Assembly (NCBI GenBank): GCA_900543025.1
Contig: UQPP01000003.1
Coordinates: 35,601 to 99,600, forward strand
Direction of reading: 5' to 3'
Length of the DNA stretch: 64,000 nucleotides
Source: an uncultured Collinsella sp.
GTDB lineage: Bacteria; Actinomycetota; Coriobacteriia; Coriobacteriales; Coriobacteriaceae
Positions 9,914 through 21,842 of the stretch are shown here, in pieces. The notes beneath the pieces are model-generated. The model saw only the letters and a program-made list of their open reading frames with translations. It was not told where the DNA came from and searched no databases. The position numbers and the translations under genes were made by a program. Numbering within the stretch: the stretch's first letter is position 1; each line of letters starts with the position of its first letter.

Positions 9914-11251
9914 ATGAACCAGCAGAACATCGATTACGTACTCCGCTCCGTAGAGCAGCGTGACATCCGCTTTGTGCGTCTGTGGTTTGTCGACATTCTC
10001 GGCCGCCTCAAGAACTTTGCCATTAGCCCCGAGGACCTCGAGGTCGCTTTTGAGGAGGGTATCGGCTTTGACGGCTCCGCCATCGAGGGCTTTGCCACGC
10101 CCGAGGAAGCCGACATGCTGGCGTTTCCCGATGCTTCGACCTTCCAGATCCTGCCGTGGCGCCCGAGCCACAACGGCGTTGCCCGCGTGTTCTGCGATGT
10201 GTGCACTCCCGACCGCAAGCCCTTTGCCGGCGACCCGCGCGATGCCCTGCGCCGCATGTTCCGCAAGGCCGAGAAGGCCGGCTATCTGCTCAACGTGGGC
10301 GCCGAGCTGGAGTATTACTACTTCCCCGACGAGCACACCCCCGAGCCGCTCGACAACGTGGGCTACTTCGATCTTTCGGTGAGCGATGCCGCCCGCGACC
10401 TGCGCCGCAACACGGTCCTCACGCTCGAGAAGATGTCCGTGCCCGTGGAGTACACCTTCCACGCCGCCGGCCGCTCGCAGCACGGCATGAGCCTGCGCCA
10501 CGCCGAGGCCCTGAGCATGTCAGACGCCATCACCACGGCCAAACTCATCATTAAGCAGCAGGCCTACGAAAGCGGTTGCCACGCCTCCTTTATGCCCAAG
10601 CCGTTGGCGGGCGAGGACGGCAGTGCTATGTTCCTGTGCCAGTCGCTATTCGACCACGACGGCAACAACGTCTTTTGGGGCGAGGGCGACGAGAAGTACC
10701 ATCTCTCCGATATCGCCAAGCACTATATGGCCGGCATCTTGGCGCACGCGCGCGAGATCAGCGCCATCACCAACCCCACGGTCAACTCGTACAAGCGCAT
10801 CACCACGGGTGGCGACTCCGTGCCGCAGTACGCCACGTGGGGCCTGCGCAACCGCGCGAGCATGATCCGCATCCCGGTCTACAAACCCGGCAAGCAGCTG
10901 TCCACGCGCATCGAGCTTCGTAGCCCCGACCCCATGGCCAATCCGTACCTGGTCAACGCCGTCACGCTGGCGGCTGGTCTCGATGGCATCGAGCGCAAGC
11001 TGGAGCTCCCGCCCGAGGCCACGGCCGAGACACTCAAACTCACCGACCGTCAGATGCTCGAGGCCGGCTACACGCCGCTGCCGCGCTCGCTCAAAGAGGC
11101 GCTCGACGTCTTTGAGGACTCGCAGTTTATGAAGGATGCCCTCGGCGAGCACATCCACAGCTTCTTCCTCAAAAAGAAGCGCAACGAGTGGCATAAGTTT
11201 GAGTCCACGATCACCGAGTGGGAGATCAAGCATTATCTGGCGAACTCCTAA
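9914..11251 (+). CDS. Glutamine synthetase-family protein (GlnA2-like) with degenerate active site
   Basis: IRFVRLWFVDILG, FDGSAIEGF, FMPKP, NPTVNSYKR, RIELRSPD; several metal ligands substituted (see findings). Confidence 0.9.
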   Translation: MNQQNIDYVLRSVEQRDIRFVRLWFVDILGRLKNFAISPEDLEVAFEEGIGFDGSAIEGFATPEEADMLAFPDASTFQILPWRPSHNGVARVFCDVCTPDRKPFAGDPRDALRRMFRKAEKAGYLLNVGAELEYYYFPDEHTPEPLDNVGYFDLSVSDAARDLRRNTVLTLEKMSVPVEYTFHAAGRSQHGMSLRHAEALSMSDAITTAKLIIKQQAYESGCHASFMPKPLAGEDGSAMFLCQSLFDHDGNNVFWGEGDEKYHLSDIAKHYMAGILAHAREISAITNPTVNSYKRITTGGDSVPQYATWGLRNRASMIRIPVYKPGKQLSTRIELRSPDPMANPYLVNAVTLAAGLDGIERKLELPPEATAETLKLTDRQMLEAGYTPLPRSLKEALDVFEDSQFMKDALGEHIHSFFLKKKRNEWHKFESTITEWEIKHYLANS

Positions 11252-11301
11252 TCGCGCTGGCTTGTTCCAGTACGATTGAGCTCATTTCCTTGGAGGCCGA
11301 T

Positions 11302-11964
11302 ATGTCCGAAAAGAGTGCCCTGTTCATGGCGCGCACGACGCGCTTCCACGAGTTTGCCCGCAGCTTGACGACCACCTTGGGTGTCGAGGTGAGCCTGGCT
11401 ACCCCCGATTCGCCGACTGCGGCGCACGACTTTGACCTGCTGATCCTCGATTCCGACGGCATCCGCAGCGACCGCATCGATCAGATTGCCAAGTGGCTTG
11501 ACGATCGCGGCGGCGTCCCCATGTTGGTGATCGTCGACGACGAGGCGCTCGGCACCCTGCGCCTGCCGAATCACGCGCATGCCGACTTTGTATGCCCCAC
11601 GGCGACGCCCAACGAGCTTAAGGCTCGTGCACAGCGCCTGATGGGCGAGGAGGAGACCGTCGCTGCCGACGATGTGCTCAACATCGACAACCTCGAGATC
11701 AACCTGGCCACCTACCAGGTGACGCTTGATGATGAGCCTATCGACCTGACGCTGATGGAGTACTCGCTGCTGAGCTTTTTGGCGACGCATCCCAACCGTG
11801 CCTACAGCCGCGAGGTGCTGCTGCACCGCGTGTGGGGCTTCGAGTACTGCGGCGGCACGCGCACCGTCGACGTGCACATCCGACGCATCCGCTCCAAGGT
11901 GGGCCCGCAGATCGCGGCACACATCACCACCGTCCGCGGCGTGGGCTATCTGTTTAAGGACTAG
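11302..11964 (+). CDS. glnR: GlnR-like OmpR-family regulator with atypical receiver domain
   Basis: C-terminal VWGFEYCGGTRTVDVHIRRIRSK; receiver lacks the acidic pair and conserved Lys; no adjacent kinase; follows the glnA-like gene. Confidence 0.75.
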   Translation: MSEKSALFMARTTRFHEFARSLTTTLGVEVSLATPDSPTAAHDFDLLILDSDGIRSDRIDQIAKWLDDRGGVPMLVIVDDEALGTLRLPNHAHADFVCPTATPNELKARAQRLMGEEETVAADDVLNIDNLEINLATYQVTLDDEPIDLTLMEYSLLSFLATHPNRAYSREVLLHRVWGFEYCGGTRTVDVHIRRIRSKVGPQIAAHITTVRGVGYLFKD

Positions 11965-11969
11965 CTTTT

Positions 11970-12000
11970 CACCACAAAGGGGACAGGCACCATTGTGGTG
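11970..12000 (+). repeat. REP-like hairpin, CACCACAAA family
   Basis: CACCACAAA-GGGGACAGGCACC-ATTGTGGTG. Confidence 0.8.
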
Positions 12001-12170
12001 GTTTTGCCGCAGGCCGGGTCCTTTTGGGCCTGCAACAGAACTTAAGCCTTCCTAAAAGATTGCGTTCTCATACACGTTCGCCCGCATATTGGGGTACAAC
12101 TCAACGTGAACAATGATGGCCCGCCACATGTTTGGCGGGCCTTTGGTTATTTGACGAAAGGATCGCAGCT

Positions 12171-13631
12171 ATGAGCGAGAACGATTCCCAGCGCCCCCAG
12201 GATCAGGGCAATGCCGGCGAGACTCAGCAGCAGCCGCGCGTACAGGTGGAGTCGACGCCTGCCGACGGCAACATTCCCTACGTGCAGGCCTACGACACGC
12301 AGACCGGCAAGCCGCTGGGCGGCCAGCAGGTTGTAAACAAGCACACGGTGGTCAAGACCAAAACCAAAAAGCTGCCGATCTTTATTACGGCACTTGCCGG
12401 CTGTGCCTGCGGCGCCCTGCTGGTCATTGCGCTCATTATGAGCGGCACGCTCGATATCGGCGGCGGCAGGAACGCCGTGACGGCGGGTGCTTCGGGTTCA
12501 TCGACGCAAAAGATCACCATCGACTCCGAGGACACCACGCTGGCCGAGGCCGTCTCTGCCAAGGCCCTGCCCTCCGTCGTTTCCATCACCGCTACTTCGA
12601 GTGGCAGCCAGAATGGCTCGCTTTCGCAGTCTGCCGACGAGTCGGATAGTTCGGGCAGCGTCGGTTCGGGCGTTGTGCTCGATACCGAGGGCCACATCCT
12701 CACCAACAACCATGTGGTCGATGGCTATGACCAGTACGTGGTTACCATGGACGACGGAACCACGTACGAGGCCGAGTTCGTGGGCAACGATGCTTCGAGC
12801 GACCTGGCTGTTATCAAGCTCAAGGATGCTGACGCCTCCAAGCTCACGCCGATTGAGATTGGTGATTCCTCCAAGCTCAACGTGGGCGAGTGGGTCATGG
12901 CGATCGGCTCGCCGTTCGGCAACGAGCAGTCTGTCTCCACGGGCATTGTGTCGGCGCTGTATCGCTCCACGGCCATGAGCTCTACCAACGGTAACACCAT
13001 CTATGCCAACATGATCCAGACCGATGCCGCCATCAACCCGGGCAACTCCGGCGGCGCGCTCGTCAACGACAATGGTGAGCTGGTGGGCATTAATTCGCTT
13101 ATCGAGAGCTATTCGGGCTCCAGCTCGGGCGTGGGCTTTGCCATTCCGGTTAACTACGCCAAGAACATTGCCGACCAGATCATCGACGGTAAGACGCCGG
13201 TGCACCCGTACCTGGGCGCCACGCTTTCGAGCGTCAACGCGCTCAACGCCCGCACCAACAAGCTGAGCACCGATAGCGGCGCGTATGTGGCGAGCGTCGT
13301 TGAGGATGGCCCTGCTGCCAAGGCCGGCATCCAGGAGGGCGATGTCATTACCAAGCTGGGCGACGACGAGATTACGAGTGCCGATGGCCTGATCATCGCC
13401 CTGCGCAGCCACGAGGTGGGCGAGAAGGTCGAGATCACGCTCATGCGCGGCAAGGAAGAGAAGAAGGTCACCGTCGAGCTGGGCTCCGATGAGGAGCTGC
13501 AGAACCAGCAGCAGGATGACAGCGCGACCGACACCGGCAACGGCGGTATTACCGACGAGCAGCTGCGCCAGTATCTGGAGGAGCTGTTGGGCCAGCAGGG
13601 CCAGGGTCAAGGCTACGGTCAGGGCTACTAG
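12171..13631 (+). CDS. htrA: HtrA/DegP membrane serine protease with PDZ domain
   Basis: TM helix; TNNHVV, DLAVIK, QTDAAINPGNSGG; PDZ domain. Confidence 0.95.
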   Translation: MSENDSQRPQDQGNAGETQQQPRVQVESTPADGNIPYVQAYDTQTGKPLGGQQVVNKHTVVKTKTKKLPIFITALAGCACGALLVIALIMSGTLDIGGGRNAVTAGASGSSTQKITIDSEDTTLAEAVSAKALPSVVSITATSSGSQNGSLSQSADESDSSGSVGSGVVLDTEGHILTNNHVVDGYDQYVVTMDDGTTYEAEFVGNDASSDLAVIKLKDADASKLTPIEIGDSSKLNVGEWVMAIGSPFGNEQSVSTGIVSALYRSTAMSSTNGNTIYANMIQTDAAINPGNSGGALVNDNGELVGINSLIESYSGSSSGVGFAIPVNYAKNIADQIIDGKTPVHPYLGATLSSVNALNARTNKLSTDSGAYVASVVEDGPAAKAGIQEGDVITKLGDDEITSADGLIIALRSHEVGEKVEITLMRGKEEKKVTVELGSDEELQNQQQDDSATDTGNGGITDEQLRQYLEELLGQQGQGQGYGQGY

Positions 13632-13848
13632 CGAGCCGTATCGCGTATATCGAGGCCAGAGGGGGCTGTCCCATCAACGTGGGGCAGTCCCCTCTTTTCT
13701 TATTGATCCGTTGGGGACGGAGGAAAATGGATCATTTAGAGTTGATAAGGGCATGGTTTAATCGCGCAATCCATCCCGGTTCGTCGACTGCCGATTCGAT
13801 GCGGTTCGAAAGGGTTATTCGGCGCCATGGTGACCGGTGGTACTCTAG

Positions 13849-16110
<2,262 letters not shown>

Positions 16111-16130
16111 TACATCGATAACCAAATTAG

Positions 16131-16170
16131 AAAACCTCCCGGAAAGGTTGATACTTTCCGGGAGGTTTTT
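16131..16170 (+). terminator. Intrinsic terminator after ligA
   Basis: AAAACCTCCCGGAAAG/CTTTCCGGGAGGTTTT. Confidence 0.85.
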
Positions 16171-16394
16171 ATTTGGGCGTGGTGGCGGGCAGCATGATCT
16201 GCGTCATGTAGGTTGCTGAGGGTGACCCTGCGGAGCGGTGTCGTTCCGGAGCGATAGAAGATTTATTCAAAGCAAAGGGGCCCCGCAGTGAGGTCTCACA
16301 ACGGGGCTGCCCCATTGTGATGAGTTTTATACACTTTAACATTAATATTAACGTGTATACTTAGCAGTGAAGATATATGTTGAGAGGAGCAGTT

Positions 16395-16787
16395 ATGGTT
16401 ACCGTCGCGTTTTCGGAACTGCGCCAAAACCTTACGCAGGTGGCCGAAAGGGTTGCCAATGAGGGCGAGGAGGTTGTGGTCTTCAAGCGGAGCAAGCCGT
16501 TGTTCAAGATCGTGCCGCTCGACTATGAAGGTCCAGTTACGGTGGAATATGACGCTGCCCAGGAGCGTGGGGGCGCAAAACCGACGTGCGGCACGGGCAA
16601 GCCCAAGCGCGACGTGGGTACGATGTGGCATCCCAAGATCACCTGGAAGGAGATCCGTGAGATGCTCGCGGAGAATGAGGACTACCAGGAGTATCTCGAT
16701 ATCGTGGCTAACATGCCAAAGGGAACGCCGCTCGATACGATGACGGTTGAAGATGAAAAGCGCGTCGCGAGGGAGCGCTACCTATGA
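16395..16787 (+). CDS. Phd/YefM-family antitoxin
   Basis: VAFSELRQNL...GEEVVVFKRSKPLFKIVP; overlaps the PIN gene; upstream TATACAC..GTGTATA dyad (16328-16359). Confidence 0.8.
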   Translation: MVTVAFSELRQNLTQVAERVANEGEEVVVFKRSKPLFKIVPLDYEGPVTVEYDAAQERGGAKPTCGTGKPKRDVGTMWHPKITWKEIREMLAENEDYQEYLDIVANMPKGTPLDTMTVEDEKRVARERYL

Positions 16788-17206
16788 GGGCATTTCTCGA
16801 TACCAATTTTCTGCTCGATTGCGTGCTGCCGGGCCGGCCGGAGCATGGGGCGGCGCAAACGACCAAGGGGCTCGTTGACGTGGGACTTATCGAGGGTGTT
16901 GTTTCGGCCTGCTCTCTCAAGGACGCGTACTACATTCTCACTAAACAGGCAGGCGAGGCGCGCGCCCGCGAGGTAGTGCGCGACTGTCTTAAGAGCTACT
17001 CGGTAGAGCCGCTCGACCAAGAAGCTTGTTTTACCTCCGCCTATTCCGATGAGCCGGACTTTGAGGACGGCTGTATCCGTGCGATGGCCGAGCGTGCCGG
17101 CGTGGACTTTATCATCACGCGTGACCGCGCCGCTTTTGTGCGCTCGACCATCAAGACCTTCTCGCCTACAGAGTTCATCCGTGCGTTTCCGATTCCGGAG
17201 GAGTAA
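16784..17206 (+). CDS. PIN-domain (VapC-like) toxin
   Basis: FLDTNFLLD, DFEDG, IITRD..F; ATGA overlap with the antitoxin. Confidence 0.88.
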   Translation: MRAFLDTNFLLDCVLPGRPEHGAAQTTKGLVDVGLIEGVVSACSLKDAYYILTKQAGEARAREVVRDCLKSYSVEPLDQEACFTSAYSDEPDFEDGCIRAMAERAGVDFIITRDRAAFVRSTIKTFSPTEFIRAFPIPEE

Positions 17207-17239
17207 AACCGCCATATCGGGGATTGTCCCCGGCGTTTT

Positions 17240-17459
17240 GCGAGCTTGTTGGGAGGCTCCTGATCCAGTGACTGTTACAAAAAACGGCTATAGCAAATTT
17301 GTTGTACTTCGATCTGAAGACTATGACCTCATGGTTCAGGAACAGGCTAAGGCTCGTCTGATGGCTCGTATAGCTGTGGCCGAGCGGGAGCGTGCTGCTG
17401 GCACGGCGCGTGATGCCTTTGAGGCTCTCGATGACCTTGAGGCAAAATATGGCCTATAA
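17240..17459 (+). pseudogene. 5'-truncated Phd/YefM antitoxin
   Basis: PVTVTKNGYSKFVVL...LDDLEAKYGL*; no plausible start or RBS. Confidence 0.65.
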
Positions 17460-17501
17460 CGTCAAGATTCTGCCTTCAGCCGAACGTTATCTAGGCAGTT
17501 C
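17449..17501 (+). pseudogene. N-terminal stub of a RelE/ParE-family toxin
   Basis: MAYNVKILPSAERYL overlaps the antitoxin stop; similarity ends where the converging merR gene ends. Confidence 0.6.
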
Positions 17502-18350
17502 TTATCTGAACGGGGCAACGGGCACCGTGATCTGCGTCACGTAGGTCGCCGGGTCGTCGCTGATGATGTCGTCGATGAGGGCAATCTCGCGTGAGGGACC
17601 GGCGGGTGTCAGGCCGTGCTCGCGCATATAGCCGAGCAACTGCTTATAGCGCGGGTCCGCTTGCCCGTGCGTGCCGCGAAAGCTCATGGTCAGGCAGCGC
17701 GCGGCGGGCCGCACCTCGATATCGCCCAGGTATTCATCGGTGTCATCGAGCAGCAGAAAGACTTCGTCGTAGCCGTCAAAGTCGCCGCCGGCCAGGCGCT
17801 CGGCGCTAATCCCAACGCCCAAGTTGCCCAGAAAGACAAAGGTCTCGTGTTGCCCCTTCTGCAGTTGACGAATTTGCCACTCCAACGCATAGGCGTCGGT
17901 AGGGTTGACGCGTTCGCGCAACACGGCGCAGCGAAGCTCGGGCGCATCGATTGTGCAAATGGTATCGAGCTCGGTGTTCAAGGCATCATGCAGTAGAGCA
18001 AGTCGGTTATCGATCTTGCGCGACACGCGCTCCAACTCGCGTCGCTTGCGCTCGATGAGCTCCTGCTGCTGAGCCAGCTGCCGCTGCATGAGGTCTACAT
18101 CGCGCGTGGTCACAAACTCACGGATCTGCGCTAGCGGCAGGTCGAGAACACGCAGGTGACTGATGGTGTTGAGGGTGGAGGGCTGCCGCGATCCGTAGTA
18201 GCGGTATCCACTCGCCGGATCGATGTGCGCCGGGTCCAGCAAGCCCATCTGCTCGTAATGGCGCAGCGTGCCCACGCTCAGGTTAAACAGGCGCGCCACC
18301 TCGCCAATACGGAGCAGGCCCTCGGTATGTTCGGTTGGCGAGTCGGTCAT
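17502..18350 (-). CDS. MerR-family (BmrR-like) regulator with GyrI-like effector domain
   Basis: LRIGEVARLFNLSVGTLRHYEQMGLL...SGYRYY. Confidence 0.92.
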   Translation of the reverse strand: MTDSPTEHTEGLLRIGEVARLFNLSVGTLRHYEQMGLLDPAHIDPASGYRYYGSRQPSTLNTISHLRVLDLPLAQIREFVTTRDVDLMQRQLAQQQELIERKRRELERVSRKIDNRLALLHDALNTELDTICTIDAPELRCAVLRERVNPTDAYALEWQIRQLQKGQHETFVFLGNLGVGISAERLAGGDFDGYDEVFLLLDDTDEYLGDIEVRPAARCLTMSFRGTHGQADPRYKQLLGYMREHGLTPAGPSREIALIDDIISDDPATYVTQITVPVAPFR

Positions 18351-18406
18351 GGGACCGCTCCTTTCGGTAAAAAGCAGAGGAGGGGAGCCAGGTTCGCGTT
18401 ACCTCG

Positions 18407-19753
18407 CTACGCCATCAGTTTGTCAAAAGCTCCGCGGCGGTTGAGCACGGTAAACGCGACAACACAGATGACTGCCGACAAAATCGATCCGCACGGCGAA
18501 GCGATGCCCATGGGAAACAGCGTGTCGGAATAGGCGTTCGACAGCAGCCACGCGCCCGGCACGCGAATGAGCGCCACTGCCAGCACGTTGTGCGCAAAGC
18601 CGATGTAGCTCTTGCCGTATGCAGCGAAAAAGCCGCTAAAGCAAATGTGGATGCCGGCAAAAATCGCGTCGAAAATGTAGCTGCGCATATAGCCGGTGCC
18701 GGCGGCGACCACCGCGGCGTCCTTGGCAAAAAAGCCGATAAACGCCGGCGCCACCAGCCACATCAGCGCCGTGATCAGGCAGCCATACACTACCGAGATT
18801 GTCATGGCATCTTTGAGCACCTGACGTGCACGATCGCCCTTGCCCGCGCCGGCGTTTTGCGCCGTGAGCGCGCTGACGGTGGCACCCATGGAACTCGGCA
18901 CAATGAACAAAAAGCTGATCATCTTCTCGACCAGGCCTACGGCAGCGGCATCGACCAGGCCGCGATGGTTGGCGATGACGGTGATAAACATAAACGCCAC
19001 CTGGATGCAGCCGTCCTGCACGGCCACGGGCACGCCGATCTTAAGAATGCTGCCGAGCACCTCGGGCTGGGGGCGCAGGTCGCTGCGCTTAACGTGGATG
19101 TTCGTGCGACGGCTCTTGAGCCACACGAGCGCGAGGGCAACGCTAGCCGTCTGGGCGGTTACCGTGCCGAGCGCCGCGCCCACGGGGCCGAGCCCCATGT
19201 GCCCGATAAACAGAAAGTCGAGCGCGATATTAATGATGCATGCCACGCCAATCACGTACATGGGCGAGCGCGAATCGCCCAGGCCGCGAAAGATGGCCGA
19301 GAGGATGTTGTATGCGGCGATAAACGGAATGCCTACAAAGCAGATGCGCAGGTAGGCGGCAGTGCCTTCGACCGCTTCGGCCGGCGTGCCAATGAGCGCC
19401 ACGATCTGCGGGCACAGTGCGAGCAGGACAACGGCCAGCACCACCGAGACGCCCATAAACAGCGTGATAGTGTTGCCGATGGCGGTCTCGGCGCGGTCGA
19501 AGCGGCGCGAGCCTACGGCGTGGCCGACGATGACCGTCGTTCCCATGGCCAGGCCCACGAGCGTCACGGTAATGATATAGAGCGTCTGCGCGCCATTGCC
19601 CACGGCGGTGATGCCGGCAGCGCCGCTAAACTGCCCCATCATGTACAGGTCGGCCATGCCGTAGAGCATCTGCAAAAAGTACGAGAGCATATAGGGCAGG
19701 GCAAAGACGGCGATGGTCTTGAGGACATTGCCGCGAGTGAGGTCGTGTTCCAT
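18407..19753 (-). CDS. MATE-family efflux transporter
   Basis: DLTRG..., LQMLYGMAD, FRGLGDSRSP, NIALD..FI; about 12 TM. Confidence 0.93.
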   Translation of the reverse strand: MEHDLTRGNVLKTIAVFALPYMLSYFLQMLYGMADLYMMGQFSGAAGITAVGNGAQTLYIITVTLVGLAMGTTVIVGHAVGSRRFDRAETAIGNTITLFMGVSVVLAVVLLALCPQIVALIGTPAEAVEGTAAYLRICFVGIPFIAAYNILSAIFRGLGDSRSPMYVIGVACIINIALDFLFIGHMGLGPVGAALGTVTAQTASVALALVWLKSRRTNIHVKRSDLRPQPEVLGSILKIGVPVAVQDGCIQVAFMFITVIANHRGLVDAAAVGLVEKMISFLFIVPSSMGATVSALTAQNAGAGKGDRARQVLKDAMTISVVYGCLITALMWLVAPAFIGFFAKDAAVVAAGTGYMRSYIFDAIFAGIHICFSGFFAAYGKSYIGFAHNVLAVALIRVPGAWLLSNAYSDTLFPMGIASPCGSILSAVICVVAFTVLNRRGAFDKLMA

Positions 19754-19779
19754 GGGCGGGGCTTTCTGGCTTGGTTCGT

Positions 19780-19824
19780 TTAGCTACCAGTGTAGTGAAA
19801 ACCCTACAACGATTGTAGAGTCAA
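19780..19824 (-). promoter_or_regulatory. MerR-type promoter of the MATE-merR operon
   Basis: Minus-strand -35 TTGACT immediately followed by the dyad CTACAA-N3-TTGTAG (19804-19818). Confidence 0.6.
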
Positions 19825-20012
19825 GGTTTGTGTCGGCAGTGGAGCGAAAAAAGTCGCGCGCACCATTATTCCGAGTGAATATGGACACACGTCACGAGAA
19901 CTCGCCGCCGGCGCTAACCTTGCAGAAAACGATTTCGGAATACTTGACACCATTATTCGGCGCGCAATAATACGTGCGTTTGCGAACAACGTTTGATGGG
20001 GGTTGAACCTGC

Positions 20013-21842
20013 GTGCGCAATCTCAAAATACTGTTTTCCTATCTAGGGGCATACCGTCGCGATGCCATCCTCGGCGTGTTCTTTGTGTCGGTCGAGACGA
20101 TACTCGAGCTGTTTATCCCGGTCATCATGGCCAACATCATCGATGTGGGCGTGCCTGCGGGTGATATCAACTACATGCTGCTGCAGGGCGCGTACATGTT
20201 GGTGTGCGCTGCGCTTTCGCTGGTACTGGGCTTGGGTTATGCCCACACGTCCGCCCGCGTTGCATCGGGCCTAGGCGCTAACCTGCGCGAGGCCGAGTAC
20301 AAAAAGATTCAGACACTCGCTTTTGGTAACCTGGACAACTACGACGCCAGCTCGCTCGTCACCCGCATGACCACGGACATCACCGTTATCCAAAATGCTG
20401 TGGGCAACGGCTTTCGCCCTATGGTGCGCGGCCCGGTGACGCTTATCGTCGGCCTTATCTACGCGCTGATGCTGTCGCGCCCGCTCGCTACCGTCTTTGC
20501 GATCATCTTGCCCGTGCTGGCAATCGTGCTGGGCGTCATCACCTATCGCGTCAGTCCGCTCTACCGCCAACTCCAGACCTCGATGGACCACCTCAACGGC
20601 GTGGTGCAAGAGGACCTTACCGCCGTGCGCGCCGTGAAGGCTTACGTGCGAGCCGAGCACGAGTGCGACAAGTTCGACACCGTCAATACCGAGCTCGCCG
20701 GCACGGCGACCAAGACCTTCGGCACCGCCGTGCTCAACCTGCCGGTGTTCCAACTCTCGATGTACGTGGCTGCGCTCTCTATCCTGTGGATTGGCGGCCG
20801 CATGATCATCGAAGGTCGCTTGGGCGTGGGCTCGCTCACGGGCTTTATGAGCTACGTACTGCTGATCATGAACTCGCTCATGATGATTTCCAACGTGTTT
20901 TTGCTGCTCACGCGCGCTCTCACAAGCGTGGGCCGTATCGCAGAGGTGCTCGATGAAGAGCCCTTTATCGCCAATCCTGCGGGAGACCTCGCGACTGCGG
21001 TGCCAGCGGACGGCAGTATCGAGTTTCGCGACGTTTCCTTTAAATACCGCGCGGATGCAGCCGAGGATGTGCTCGAGCATATCGACCTTCGCATCGAGAG
21101 CGGCTCGACGGTGGGCATCCTCGGCGGCACGGGCTCGGGCAAGAGCTCGCTTGTGCAGCTGATTGCGCGCCTGTACGACGCCACCGAGGGCGTCGTACTT
21201 GTGGGCGGACACGACGTGCACGACTACGACCTGGTCGCCTTGCGCGACGCCGTGGGCATTGTGCTGCAAAAGAACGTGTTGTTCACGGGCACCGTGCGCG
21301 AGAACCTGCAGTGGGGCAATCCGCAGGCGTCGGACGATGAGCTCCTCGCGGCTTGCCGCGCAGCGTGCGTGGACGAGTTCCTTGATCGCATCGGCGGGCT
21401 GGACGGCGAGTTGGGTCAAGGTGGCGCCGGTGTTTCGGGTGGCCAGAAGCAACGCCTGTGCATCGCGCGCACGCTGCTCAAGCACCCGCGCGTGCTCATT
21501 TTTGATGACTCCACCAGCGCGGTCGATATGGCGACCGACGCTAAGATTCGCGAGCACATCGCCCGGATTTCCGATACGACCGTGCTCATCATTGCCCAGC
21601 GCATCGCGAGCGTCATGGATGCCGATCGCATTGTGGTGTTGGACGACGGTCGTGTCCACGGCGTGGGCACGCACGAGGAATTGCTGGCGGGCGACAACAT
21701 ATACCAGGAGATTTACGCCTCGCAGATGGAGTTTGCGGGGGACGCGGACGCCGGCGACGGCAGCGACGATGGCTGCGCGAATGACCCGTTTTCCTCCGTC
21801 GCATGCGGATCACCCTTGGAAGGGGGTGAGCGCCATGCCTAA
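20013..21842 (+). CDS. Heterodimeric ABC exporter subunit A (TMD plus degenerate NBD)
   Basis: GGTGSGKS, VSGGQKQR, Walker B DDSTSAVD, IAQR. Confidence 0.93.
   Translation: MRNLKILFSYLGAYRRDAILGVFFVSVETILELFIPVIMANIIDVGVPAGDINYMLLQGAYMLVCAALSLVLGLGYAHTSARVASGLGANLREAEYKKIQTLAFGNLDNYDASSLVTRMTTDITVIQNAVGNGFRPMVRGPVTLIVGLIYALMLSRPLATVFAIILPVLAIVLGVITYRVSPLYRQLQTSMDHLNGVVQEDLTAVRAVKAYVRAEHECDKFDTVNTELAGTATKTFGTAVLNLPVFQLSMYVAALSILWIGGRMIIEGRLGVGSLTGFMSYVLLIMNSLMMISNVFLLLTRALTSVGRIAEVLDEEPFIANPAGDLATAVPADGSIEFRDVSFKYRADAAEDVLEHIDLRIESGSTVGILGGTGSGKSSLVQLIARLYDATEGVVLVGGHDVHDYDLVALRDAVGIVLQKNVLFTGTVRENLQWGNPQASDDELLAACRAACVDEFLDRIGGLDGELGQGGAGVSGGQKQRLCIARTLLKHPRVLIFDDSTSAVDMATDAKIREHIARISDTTVLIIAQRIASVMDADRIVVLDDGRVHGVGTHEELLAGDNIYQEIYASQMEFAGDADAGDGSDDGCANDPFSSVACGSPLEGGERHA

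Noticed and set aside
21163..21834. N-terminal extension of the second ABC subunit (856-aa ORF)
   Set aside because: It overlaps the first ABC gene out of frame; the RBS-supported start is 21835
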